Shown one piece after another: positions 13,290 to 25,100 of a stretch of 64,000 bases of DNA (position 1 is its first letter; every line of letters begins with the position of its first letter). The notes beneath the pieces were generated by a model that saw nothing but the letters and a program-made list of their open reading frames with translations, did not search any database and was not told the DNA's origin. This stretch comes from Octopus bimaculoides. Lineage: Eukaryota. The DNA lies in NCBI RefSeq assembly GCF_001194135.2, contig NC_068990.1, positions 14,644,295 to 14,708,294 on the forward strand, given 5' to 3'. The position numbers and the translations under genes were made by a program.

Positions 13290-13373
13290 CAGCTGATCAG
13301 GTGGTCGAGAATCACAGCACAATGGTGACAACAGTGGACTACTTCTCAGAGAAGAATGTTCATCGCAGACTGA
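13290..13373 (-). CDS. Unknown gene internal exon SVCDEHSSLRSSPLLSPLCCDSRPPDQL
   Basis: Acceptor tttctcatattgcag|, donor CTG|gtaata. Only one frame is open and it ends in phase 0. Confidence 0.7.
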
Positions 13374-13949
13374 CTGCAATATGAGAAATGGATGAGAAAA
13401 ATATATGAATTACAAAGATACAACAAAACAAAAGTTAAAATAAAACGAGTCATTATTTAACACCGATAGTTTTTAAGAAAGTGGGAGGAAAATAGTTGTT
13501 AACCAGATATTCATCAATTACAATGGCAATCTGCAGCTTACAGAGTTGAACCATACTTTTTTGGGTAGGTATCCAAATGGACTATATTTTTAAGACTATT
13601 ACATATCTTTGACTGGAACAGAGGGGCCTCTCAAGATAACAAAATTCAAGTAACAAGTAAGAGTTAACACACCAACAAGGTATGAAAATTAAATACTTTA
13701 TATCTATACACACACAGACGATATGAGAGGTATTTGGAAACAATTATCAGTATATTACTCTCTTCAAACCAATAAGGTTTTTATTTCTTTCAGATCCCCC
13801 ATGGTAGATAAAATCCTAGGACAAAAAAATGGAAAGATGAGCAGTTATCTGTTGTCATATGTGAGGAACACAATGATTTAGAAATTTACAACTTTCTAAA
13901 TGTAAGATCTTTTATACATAAAGTTCAGTTGTGGATTGGATGCCTCTGA

Positions 13950-14700
13950 CAGGAATGTTTCAATTGTATTAAAAAAATTTGATGTTTAGACCCTATGAGG
14001 ACACTACAATTCATCCAACAGACTTTAAAAAATTATCAGATTTCAGAAAATCAATAAGGGTCATTGCCAAGTATTTCTGATGTCAAAGTAGACTACCAGA
14101 ACCATGGTGCATGAGGACATCCCATACAAGTTGTATGTATTGACAAGAGGTTGATACATGTCTGCAAAGACAGAGGAAAACCATTTGATCAAAGCCAAGT
14201 GGTTACTTAAAGTTAAACCAGCATGAACATAGCCTACTTTGGGTCATCTCTACAAAAGAAAAACTTGAACCAAGAGCAAAAAGAGGAGAAATGACAGATG
14301 GTTGTGTGCAGATATTTCTGACATCCCTATAGCAATGCACACTAAGTTTGCAGCAACTGTGAAGGTTTTTGGGAGTGGTGAGGAACAAAGGTCATGTCAT
14401 GTCACTTCACATCTTTCCACTACTGGAAACATTCAAGCACTGGATGAATGATATATGCAGAGGAAGGCTTACACTTTTCAACAAGGCTCAGTACTTTTTG
14501 ACAAAGCCTTCATAGCTCAAGATTGGATGTCAGACAATCTTTACAATCAGTTAACACCAAAATTGTAAGCTCCAAACTCGCTAGCTTTAAATCCTATTGA
14601 TTACATCTGCCATCATGTAGGTGATGGTCCAAAATGAATGAATACCATTTAGTGCAAGCCCTGACGGCGTCATCAAAACTGAAGTTAGATCCATAGACTA
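13950..14700 (+). mobile_element. Decayed Tc1/mariner transposase, maT/DD37D-like
   Basis: Frameshifted RWLCADISDIPIAMHTKFAATVKV / NKGHVMSLHIFP / QDWMSDN / APNSLALNPIDY. Confidence 0.75.
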
Positions 14701-15260
14701 ATCTTATAGAAAAGCTTGTCAAGAACATGTGCACAAATTACCATTATTAAAATACATTTGATGTATGCCAGATTAGGGTTGCTTTATCATATTACCAAAT
14801 ATATCCTCAAATACTTCTCACATCTTGTACATATTCATACACATTGCATATACACTTACATACATATATACACACACTCATTCGCAAGCAAATGTCATAA
14901 CAAAAGATTACACACACATTCAAATACCATCAACAACATCATTTTGCATCCACTTTCCATGGGTTGGATGGGTGCCATAGTTTAAGTCAGTACATGCAAA
15001 CAAGTTGATGGACAGCATCTTGCTCATGAGTTTCATTTCTGGCTTGCTTTCTACAGCTAGATATTCTTCCCAATGCCAAGCACTTTTAAAGTGTACTGGG
15101 AGTATTTTACCTACCAAATTCACATACAAGAGATTGGTTAGCCTGGAGATGTAGCAGAATTAAACATGTTCACATTCCCTAAGAACGATATGTCCCCTAG
15201 CTCTGTGCTTTCAAAGCATAGAGAGATCTAAAAAAAAAAATCCCTTACTTGTAAAACAAG

Positions 15261-15590
15261 ATTTACATTTGACGGATATTTATCCTCATTTTGTTTGTTG
15301 TTAACAGAACATTTTGGCATATGGCGTAGTGGTTAAAAGCACGGGTTACTAACCCCAAGATTCCGAGTTTGATTCCAGGCAGTGATCTGAATAATAATAA
15401 TAACAACAACATCGAAAAATACCTTAGGAATGAGAACCCAAGTTCGAAATTTCCCCAAGACACCTGATGAAGGCTGGAGGGTATATCAGCTGAAACGTTG
15501 TGTTAACAACAAACAAGATGAGGATAAATATCCATCAAATGTAAATAATGTACATAATTCCTCGTCTCTTGAATATAGAACTGAAGTAAG
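15261..15590 (+). mobile_element. tRNA-headed short element with Penelope-like tail and 5' inverted terminal segment
   Basis: 46-bp inverted repeat 15261-15306 / 15501-15546 (2 mismatches); A box 15322-15332; B box ~15365-15376; (AAT/AAC)n; hammerhead core. Confidence 0.65.
15459..15504 (+). ncRNA. Minimal type I hammerhead ribozyme
   Basis: GACAC-CTGATGA-A-GGCTG-loop-CAGCT-GAAAC-GTT-GTGTT: stem I GACAC/GTGTT, stem II GGCTG/CAGCT, palindromic AACGTT stem III. Confidence 0.72.
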
Positions 15591-15654
15591 ATTTAATTAC
15601 CAGAAGAGTGTCAGGACATAAGAATACTGTGTCAAATATGTATTCATCCAACCC

Positions 15655-16040
15655 ATTGTTGTTGTTGTTGGCACTCCGTCGCTTACGGTGTGGAGGGTTC
15701 CAGTTGATCCGATCAACGGAACAGCCTGCTCAGGAAATTAATGTGCAAGTGGCTGAGCACTCCACAGATACGTGTACCCTTAACGTAGTTCTCGGGGATA
15801 TTCAGTGTGACACAAGGCTGACCCTTTGAATTACAGGCACAATAGAAACAGGAAGTAAGAGTGAGAGAAAGTTGTGGTGAAAGAATACAGCAGGGTTCAC
15901 CATCATCCCCTGCCGGAGCCTTGTGGAGCTTTTAGGTGGTTTTCGCTCAATAAACACAACGCCCGGTCTGGGAATCGAAACCGCGGTCCTATGACCGCGA
16001 GTCCACTGCCCTAACCACTGGGCCATTGCGCCTCCACTCC
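15655..16040 (-). mobile_element. SINE family C copy
   Basis: Reverse complement of 47792-48172; (AAC)n tail. Confidence 0.8.
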
Positions 16041-17460
16041 AACCCATACCAAGAGGAAAAAAAAAAAACATGTAAAAATGAAATGAATGAACAGATCATG
16101 GGGTCTGCTCAATCGAGGCTAATATAGGATTAAAGAACAATACCAACAAAGCTTTCACTGGTGATTTAGTAATACATTAGGAGTTCATCCCAAACCAAAC
16201 TTACCTTATTACTATTGATCTTATTTGTACCTTCAAGTTTTCTCAGAAAGTCCTGAAATTCAGCATAAGTATGCTCACTTGATTCATATTTTGGTGATAG
16301 CAAATATGAGGAGCCTACAACAAACAATTTTCAATAAATAAATAAGAATAAGAAAAAAAAGCATATGTGAGTGAGTTATTTAATTAGTCATTAAGATAGA
16401 ATTTACTTAAATATTTACAGAAAATCACTATCATATTACAGTTGATGTCTACATCATATTAAATATTATAGCAAGTTTTTTTGTTTTTTTTCATTTTTTG
16501 AAATTTTATATTTGTTTCAGTCAATAGAGTGTGGCCTTGAAGAATTCTTAGTTGACTGAATCAACCCAAGTATTTATATTATAAGCCTAGTGCTTATTCT
16601 ATCAATCTCTTTTGCTGAACCACTAAGTCACAGGGATGTAAACATACCAACACTGTCAAGTGGTGGTGGACAGACACAAAGACACACATATATAATCATT
16701 ATCATCGTTTAATGTCCATTTTCCATGTTGGCATGGGTTGGATGATCTGACCAGAGCTGGCAAGCCCAGAGAGCTTCATCAGGTTCTAGTGAGATTTGGC
16801 TTGATTTCTACAGCTAGATGCCCTTCCTAATGACAACAACTTTACAATGATGTGTGCTGGGTACTTTTACATTTACGCTTCAATTTTCCATCCGTTTCAG
16901 CAAGAGTTTTAACAATTCCAACTTTTTTTTTTTTCTGAGAATTATCCAGGAGTGGCTGTGTGGTAAGTAGCTTGCTTCCCAACCACATGGTTCTGGGTTC
17001 AGTCCCACTGAATGGCACCTTGGGCAAGTGTTTTCTACTATAGCATCAAGGGAAGCAAGGCACAACAGGAATGGTAAATAGTTTACAGTACAAAAGAAAT
17101 CACCTTGAACTTACTAAAGTAATATTCGTGATGTTTTATCTCTACTAAGTATAGAAGTAGATGTGTTGCATAAGATTAATTTTGAGGATTTAATCAAAAA
17201 CTTTGCTATTAAAAAAAAAAACAAGGAATAAACTTTGCAAAGTGGAAATATACAAAAATAAACATTATTTTCCATCTTACTGTTAGTTTTGTTCCATTTT
17301 GAGAAATAAAAATTTATTTTATGGTTTATTATTGGTTATATTTTGAATTACATAAAAATGGGAGCACCAAAAGGTGCTTAATCCAGCCCTGCTTAGCTTT
17401 GTCCACCTCAGCTATTACTCATTCACCCCAAGCATTCCATTTCTGTCATTATACTCTTAT

Positions 17461-17676
17461 TTCTTTATTGCCCACAGAGGGGACAAACAAGGACAGGCAA
17501 ACGGATTGAGTCGATTATATCGACCCCAGTGCGTAACTGGTACTTATTTAATTGACCCTGAAAGGATGAAAGGCAAAGTTGACCTCGGCGGAATTTGAAC
17601 TCAGAACGTAGCGGCAGACGAAATACCGTTAAGCATTTCGTCCGGCGTGCTAACGTTTCTGCCAGCTCACCGCCTT
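17461..17676 (-). mobile_element. tRNA-derived SINE family B (GCCTTTCATCCTTTCGGGGTCGAT core) with 17-bp TSD
   Basis: TCTGTCATTATACTCTT at 17442-17458 and 17684-17700. Other copies at ~95-300, 3600-3785, 5685-5880, 19200-19590, 28620-28990, 33020-33150, 40205-40410, 44240-44490, 55500-55680, 58640-58830, 60640-61070, 61330-61540. Confidence 0.85.
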
Positions 17677-17696
17677 ATTATACTCTGTCATTATAC

Positions 17697-17776
17697 TCTT
17701 GCTCTCTTCACCTCTATCCATTCTGGTTCTTCTAGCACCACTCTCTCCAACTCCACCTTCTCAATCACATCATTGC
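17697..17776 (-). CDS. Unknown gene internal exon (G)NDVIEKVELERVVLEEPEWIEVKRAR, phase 1 to 0
   Basis: TACTAAC branch point at 17811-17805, 29 nt upstream of acceptor ctctag|. Phases bridge 19680 and 13373. Donor is either AGA|gtataa (17697) or GAG|gtgaag (17712); both are phase 0. Confidence 0.6.
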
Positions 17777-19679
17777 CTAGAGTGAACACATGTGCCTTAG
17801 AGCAGTTAGTACTCTTTACTCTTACAGTGTACAAAGCAATGTACCAACTGTGTTGTGTCAGAATCCACTTGGTGAACTCTGGAGAGTGGTTGGCAAGTGA
17901 GTAAAGAAAACAGAGCATTTAGAGCTCCTTTTGGTCCTGTCACATTAAGAATATGGCAATTTCTCTGGTGATAGTGCCATGATAAAATGCATACAGTGTA
18001 CTTTGTCAGATAGTTGGTAAAAATGGAGAGAAAGAATAGATTTGAGAGGACCTTTTAATCCTGTTCTGCCAGGGATTTGACAATATGTCTAGTGCTAGTG
18101 ACATGATAAAATGCACTCAGTAGTCTCTTTAACCCTTTGGCATTCAAATTACTCTATCAAATGTAATGCTTATTCATTCATATTGTTTTGAATCACTTGT
18201 GTATTTATCTTGTAGTTTTGAGATGTTGATGATTGATTGTTTATTTTCAGAATGACATTGTAGGATAGGTGTCACAGACCAGATTTAGATAGTTTAAACA
18301 AAAAACAGGTAGGATATATGGGCTGGATGTGGCCAGTTTAAATGCTAAAGGGTTAGGTGGTCAGTGATAGGAAGGGTATTCAACCACAGAAATCAGGACA
18401 AAAATTAAATGTACAAACACCCGTAAGAACTGACTAAAACTATGACAACATGTCCAATGCAAACCAGAATGGAAAGCATTGTGGCTGACATCATCATCAG
18501 TGTTTAACGTTCACTTTCCATGCTGGCATGGGTTGGACAGTTTGACATGGGAGCTGATCAGCTGGGAGCTGTCCGCACTACAATTGTCTGTTGGGGCAAG
18601 GTTTCTATGGCTAGATGCCCTTCCTAATGCCAACCACTTTACGGAGTGTGCTGGGTGCCTTTTATGTGGTGTTGAAATTAAAATGATAATTATAAAAATC
18701 AATACCACATTAATTTTGTTGATTAGTAGAATATATCAGCAAAGTAGTATTTACTATAATGTTGATCAAACAGTAACGAGCTGTTACCACAAACATAATT
18801 GTCTGTGCACACACCACTTCCCAACCATGTGGTTTCAGGATCAAAAGGTCAGTCCAACTTCTTGGCATCTCAGGTGTCTTCTACCATAGCACCAGAGTGA
18901 CCAAAGTCTTGAGAGTGAATATGGTAAACAGAAACTGAAAGATGCTCAGTATATATATACATACATGCATACGTATTATGTATGTATATATAGTTACAAT
19001 TAGGTGAGCTTCTTCACATCTGTGTGTGTGTGTCTGTGTGTGTGTGTGTATAGATCTCTGAAAATTCCTGGACTACAAGTGTCAATCTACTTGTCAACCA
19101 TTGCCTAGTTTTGTGCCTCTGAAGACATGAAAGAAAGGTAAGTGTTAGTGACAGTTAAGGCAATTGGCTATAAAACAAAGTTTCATTAATAATGGTTTCA
19201 AATTTTGGCACAAGGCCAGCAATTGCAGGGGACGTGGGGTAGTCAATTACATCAACCCCAGTTCTCAACTGGCACTTATTTTATCAAGCTCAAAAGGATG
19301 ATAGGCAAAGTCAACCTCAGCAAAATTTGTAACCTCCTGACTGGCCCCTGTGCCAGTGGCATGTAAAAGCACCCACTACACTCTCGGAGTGGTTGGCGTT
19401 AGGAGGGGCATCCAGCTGTAGAAACTCTGCCAAATCAGATTGGAGCCTGGTGTAGCCATCTGGTTCACCAGTCCTCAGTCAAATCGTCCAACTCATGATA
19501 GCATGGAAGGCAGACATTAAAACAATGATGATGATGAAATGCCCCTAAACATTCTGCCCAACAAGCTGACGATTCTGTGTGTTCGCCACCTTAGACCTAC
19601 TCATTAATATATTCATGTACCCATGCTAGTATAGAAAAAGTGGATGTAAAAACTAATGAATAAAAGAAGATTAACTCAC

Positions 19680-20979
19680 CAGAATGTTCAAAGAGGTTCT
19701 CGAGCATATTAGCAAGAGGTGAGTGGTCATATACTGCTATAGAATTCCAATCGTGGGCTTCCTTGGCATCTGTAAACAAATGTTTGACTGTCTCCTTCTT
19801 ATAACAAGTATCATCTGCTTGATGGTCAGCCTCTAAGTTCAAGCGTTTGGGTGGGCTTCTATATTTTCTCCCAGAACAGGAAGCCTCAACTATTGCTGAA
19901 TCATCTAATATGGGTGAAAAATAAGTCTTACAATGGTGTGGGTGGGGAAGCGGATATTCCGATCCATCCACATCACTTGAACTACTAGCGGCCAACATGG
20001 GGGAGCAGGTCTGCCGATTTGATCGAACTGTAATATTTGGACTTAGTATTTTGTAGGGAGATGGAGACCTGACAGTGATGTTAGAGCTATTCAGTATCTC
20101 TTCACCAGACAACCTAGAACATGGACTGGAAGTTTCTGTATCAAGTTTAGAAGGAGTTTGTAGTGGTGTAACATAGATTGAAGTGTCTGACTCTTCCAAA
20201 GTGTCATCTTGTTCATCGTTAGAATAAACTATATATTCATTGTTCGACTTTGACTTCACAGATTTTTGGTTTGGCTTAGACTTGCTCGAAGCAGTTGAAC
20301 TTTGGAAGTTATTCTTCAAGTTTTTATTCTGTATTTTATTTTGTGCTTCCAATGAAAGCTGTTTGGATTTTTTTGGTGTTGAATTGAATTGAGATTGACA
20401 GTAATCTTTACATGCCATTTTCTGTGATTTTGGAGGTGATACCTTAGCGTTACAAGCCATTTGCTTTCTGTAAGAGCCTTTCTTTGGTCTGTTGCAAACA
20501 TGATTTGCATTAGCCGATGAATTCTGGATATCTTTACTTGGAGATAAAGGTTTGGCCTTGGCCTTACATTCCCTGTCAGCTCGGGGAACTTCATTCCTGT
20601 TACCAGTATGGAGTTTTCTTCCATTTAGACCCCTCTGTACATTCTGAACATCTGCTACAATCACTGATGTTACAGGCTGACTATTGTAAATGTTTTCTTT
20701 GTTATGTATCGGTGTGTTTGTTAATGTGACTGAAAAATTAATGTGTCTCTCATGAAAGTTGCTATCATCAAGCGATAAACCAGTGGTATCAAGAAATTGA
20801 GCTTCATTCAAGTCATCTTTTATACTGGGATCATCATCTATACTATCAATCCGCGCTCTGTTCAGTACATCAATCGAACTAAAACTTGAATCAAATGAGT
20901 TCAGGGTCATAGAACTTATATCATATGTTAAAGTACTGGCATCAATGCCGCTGTCATATTTTCCAATCACTTCCTCCAT
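19680..20979 (-). CDS. Unknown minus-strand gene, large first coding exon (433 codons + 1 nt); low-complexity S/T/P/K-rich protein
   Basis: Long ORF 19597-21015. ATG in GCCATGG context at 20979 with an in-frame stop upstream. Donor CTG|gtgagt at 19680/19679. Contains a KEN (HNKENI) and many SP/TP sites. No family recognised. Confidence 0.88.
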
Positions 20980-21073
20980 GGCATTAAAGTGATAGAAACC
21001 AAGTGTATAATACAAGTTATTACATATTTTAGATGATGTTCTGGGAAATAATTCTTACTGTTTTGCTCATTTC
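20980..21073 (-). other. 5'UTR part of the large exon; acceptor tcctttttctattgcag|G at 21073
   Basis: Strong polypyrimidine tract plus CAG. Stops in the main frame upstream of the ATG. Contains a short uORF MSKTVRIISQNII* (21070-21029). Confidence 0.65.
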
Positions 21074-21359
21074 CTGCAATAGAAAAAGGATTTATTAGTC
21101 ATATAAATACATTTCGTTCCCTCATTTACAATATTTAAATACAACTAACAATGATACATTAAATACAAAAAAAATATAACAAAAAACAGAAAGCATTATT
21201 CAGAGAAGAAAAAAAAAAGAGTCTGACAATGTTAACTGATGCACATGATTGAGGAAGAAGCAGTCAACAAACTACAAAATAAGTGAGTTGAGGACTTTCT
21301 ATGATTTGCTCTGGATCTCAACAACCATGTTAAAACAGCAAGCCTTGAGCTGCATTGTC

Positions 21360-21856
21360 AATGTGAAAAATCCAGTTCTTCACACTCCACACATCCGGTC
21401 ACTTTTGCAAAACATCCTCCCTCAAATGCTTCAGAACATCGCAGTACAACTCTCAACTGATGGTCTGGCCCTGGCGGACGAATTCTCGATGCACAATATC
21501 ACATTTTGAAGGGTGATGCTCATGGCAGGTCTTCCAGGGACATTCTTCCATCTTTGAAATGCCCATACCACTCGAAGCATCGCACACGACCCATTGCCTT
21601 GTCACTACAAGCCTGCTGAAGCATGCTCAATGTCTCTAGCAGACTTCCCAAGTTTAATGCAAAATTTCACATTGGCTATTTGTTCCTGTGATCACAAAAA
21701 CACAAATTTCACAACTTGTGAAGTAAACACAGCGTTGTCACTCAGCACACTGCCTCATGAAGGTCACTGCTAGCTCTCACTGCACACGCAACAATGTGCT
21801 GCCATCTGTTGGCACACTACAGAACTAGTCCGAGAACTTTTTGATACCACCTCGTA
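21360..21856 (-). mobile_element. Mariner 5' fragment (TIR plus HTH N-terminus)
   Basis: TA-CGAGGTGGTATCAAAAAGTTCTCGGACT TIR. Minus strand reads EQIANVKFCIKLGKSARETLSMLQQACSDKAMGRVRCFEW. Confidence 0.8.
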
Positions 21857-22114
21857 TCAAACACGTTTTTATAGATTTAACACATACACTATTATAACCT
21901 TAAAGAAGCAGTTAAATTATTCTTTCATAATGTTATTCTTCAAATTTCTCTTCAGTTCTAAATTCCTAGGTCTGAATTCTTCCTGAACTTGTCACAATTA
22001 CTTCCAGTCATTTCAAAACTAACGAACTCGATACAAAGTGTTTTAATCAAAACTTGTTCAGAAGCACAACAGAAGCTCTTGTCAAACAACATTAATCCCT
22101 TTAAGTATCTGTTT

Positions 22115-22190
<76 letters not shown>

Positions 22191-25100
22191 CAGAGAGATA
22201 AAAGATTAGGAATAGTGTTATTATTTATTTAGTGCTTTTAAAAAATTAATCCTAAATGGTTGATTTAAAGGGGAACAAAAGCTGGGGAAGAGTTTTACAG
22301 AAAAACTGTCTTCCACATGTAATGAATTAGAGTTCATTTCACCTAAGTGTGTAATCCAGTAGCCCAAAGGTAAATATCACAGGTAAAAAAAAGGATTCAA
22401 GTTGAAGTAGTTATTAATAGAAAGAAGGTAAAAAGAGGTAACTAAAAAAATGAATTCTGTGATAATATTCCCTTTGACAACCCCACTATTTCACTAAGGG
22501 TATAGAAAAATATTAACAAAGGGGTTATTAAGTTTGAATTTACAAATAAGATCAACTGGAAAAGAGTATTTCAGTCGTTCATGTTTATAAACCATACTTA
22601 AAATTATGTAAGTCCACAAAAGTATGTCCGAAATTTTAGACATCAGTTATAACTGAATATCATAAGACACCAAAATTGTCCTAACAGCACACTATAAAAC
22701 TATGGCCACCCTTAAAATGGTAGCCACTAGCAAAGTACAAGCAAGGCCACAGCATTAGCATAACGATACTATAGATCAAACAGATAATGTACAGGTATGG
22801 ACCAGATACGTTTACATGCTAATAATATTATAAATATAACACTTCAACTTTGAAAGATAAACCATATCTTTATCTTTATCTTTATAACTTTCAAATTTCA
22901 TTTGAGATTCAGCAGTACCCGTGTAGTGGTACTGTCCTAGTCATTAAGTCAATGAGAAGATTTGCTTGTTTTAGCAGTGTTAGTAATGTTAGTGGTATGG
23001 AAGGTTACTAAAATTTAAATATTAGTAGCAGTTTGAGAAAATTGATAACAACACTGACTCGTTAGATTACTACAGCAGATCAACTGATCAAGTAGTAACT
23101 CAACAGGAGATGGAGAAGTTGGTGATATCAAACCACTGATAACATTATCACAATGAGCAGATGTGCATCATCATCGTTTAACGTCCGCTTTCCATGCTAG
23201 CATGGGTTGGACGATTTGACTGAGGACTGGTGAAACCGGATGGCAACACCAGGCTCCAATCTAATTTGGCAGAGTTTCTACAGCTGGATGCCCTTCCTAA
23301 CGCCAACCACTCAGAGAGTGCATGGGGAACGATATTTAGGAGCTATCTGTTTAGCTCATGTAGAGCTTATCGGCATTCAGTTTTAATGTAGGAAGCACTT
23401 TCCAAAACAAATCAGATATGCTACATTGACAGTAAATTTCTTGTAATGTACTATTTGGTCTACCCCATAAAAGTGTGGTTTACCATTATTCTTAATTGTC
23501 TGCCAAGTAATTTTTCAGTTGGAAATAACTTGCATGCACTAGGTGCACTGCAAAAGTGCAAAAGACTCTTCAAACTGACAGCTTCCGTAATGCAGACTTG
23601 ATTGTTTGCACAATTCTTTCTGCTGCACCATTAGACTTTTAGACTATAGGTCGTACAATTTCTTTGCAATGTCGTTAGTTTAACCCTTTAGCATTTAACC
23701 TGGCCAAATCTTACCCAAATATTCTGTTTTATGATCAAACTGACCAAATCTTGCCTCTCAAACATACCCTACGATGTCACTCGAAAAACAAACCTTTGCA
23801 TCATCAAAATCTTGAAGCTATGAAATACTATATGATGAATTCAAAACAATGTGAATAAATAAACATCAGAACTGAGAGACTAATTTGGATGCTAAAGGGT
23901 TAAGTAGTCCTTTAATTGAATAAATTCTGAGTCATACTTCAACCCGTATTTTGTTTCCATTCAAAACCTGGTACTTATCCTATCGGTCTCCTTGCCAAAG
24001 CAACAAGTTATATGGATGTAAACACCAACACTGGTTGTCAAGCAGTAGTGGTAGAAAGCACAGACACACACACACATATACGATGGACTTCTTTCAGTTT
24101 TCAACTACTAAATCCACTCACAAAGCTTTGGTTGGCTCAAGGTTATTGTAGGAGACGCCCAAGGTGCTCCGCAGTGGGACTGAACCCAGAATCATGGGTT
24201 CTTACCACACTGCCATGTCTGCACGTATATATTCTTTTGTTTCAGTCATTTGACTGCGGCCATGCTGGAGCACCGTCTTTAATCAAACAAATCAACCCAA
24301 TGACATACTCTTTGTGAACCTGGTACTTATTCTATCATTCCTTTTTGCCGAACCACTAAGTTACAGGGACGTAAAGACACCAACATGGGTTGTTAAGCAA
24401 TGGTGAGGGGGATAAACACAGACACAAATGTACATATATATATATACATGACAGGCTTCTTTCAATTTCCGTCTGCCAAAGCCACTCACAAGGATTTGGT
24501 CAGCCCAAGTCTATAGTAGAAGACACTTGACCAAGGTGCCATGCAGTGGTACTGAACCCGGAACTGTGTGGCTACTTACCACACAGCCACTCCTACCATC
24601 ATCGTTTAACGTCCGCTTTCCATGCTGACATGGGTTGGACGGTTTGACTGAGGGCTTGCAAGCCAGAAGGCTGCATCAGGCTCCAATCTGATCTGGCAAA
24701 GTTTCTACAGCTGGTTGCCCTTCCTAACGCCAACCACTCCGAGTGCGGTGGGCGCTTTTTACGTACCACCGGCACAAGGGCCAGTCAAGCGGTACTGGCA
24801 TCGAGCACGCTTAAATGGTACTTTTTACTTGTCACCAGTACAGGAGCCAGACATACGGCACTGGCAATGACCACGCTCGAATGGTGCTTTTTACGTGTCA
24901 CTGGCTATATCTATATATATATATATATACCTACTCGTATGTATACACAGAGATTATCAAACTGGCAATTTCCCAGCTCCAGCACAATATCAAGTTCTTG
25001 CTTCATTTCTCCACTATTCGTTTGGCATTTTACAAAATAAAATCTTAATTTTAAGGAAAAGAAAACACACAAACACTACTTGAGTTGAACCCAAGTCGAG

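Noticed and set aside
15316-15385. tRNA gene (also the SINE heads at 47795, 16040, 11065)
   Set aside because: A/B boxes are present but there is no complete cloverleaf or acceptor stem, and the sequence runs on into repeat bodies, so these are SINE heads.
19597-19679. ORF read-through past the donor gives a hydrophobic tail (LIFFYSLVFTSTFSILAWV) resembling a membrane anchor
   Set aside because: A canonical gtgagt donor precedes it, T-rich intron sequence translates as hydrophobic by chance, and no clear polyA signal was found.
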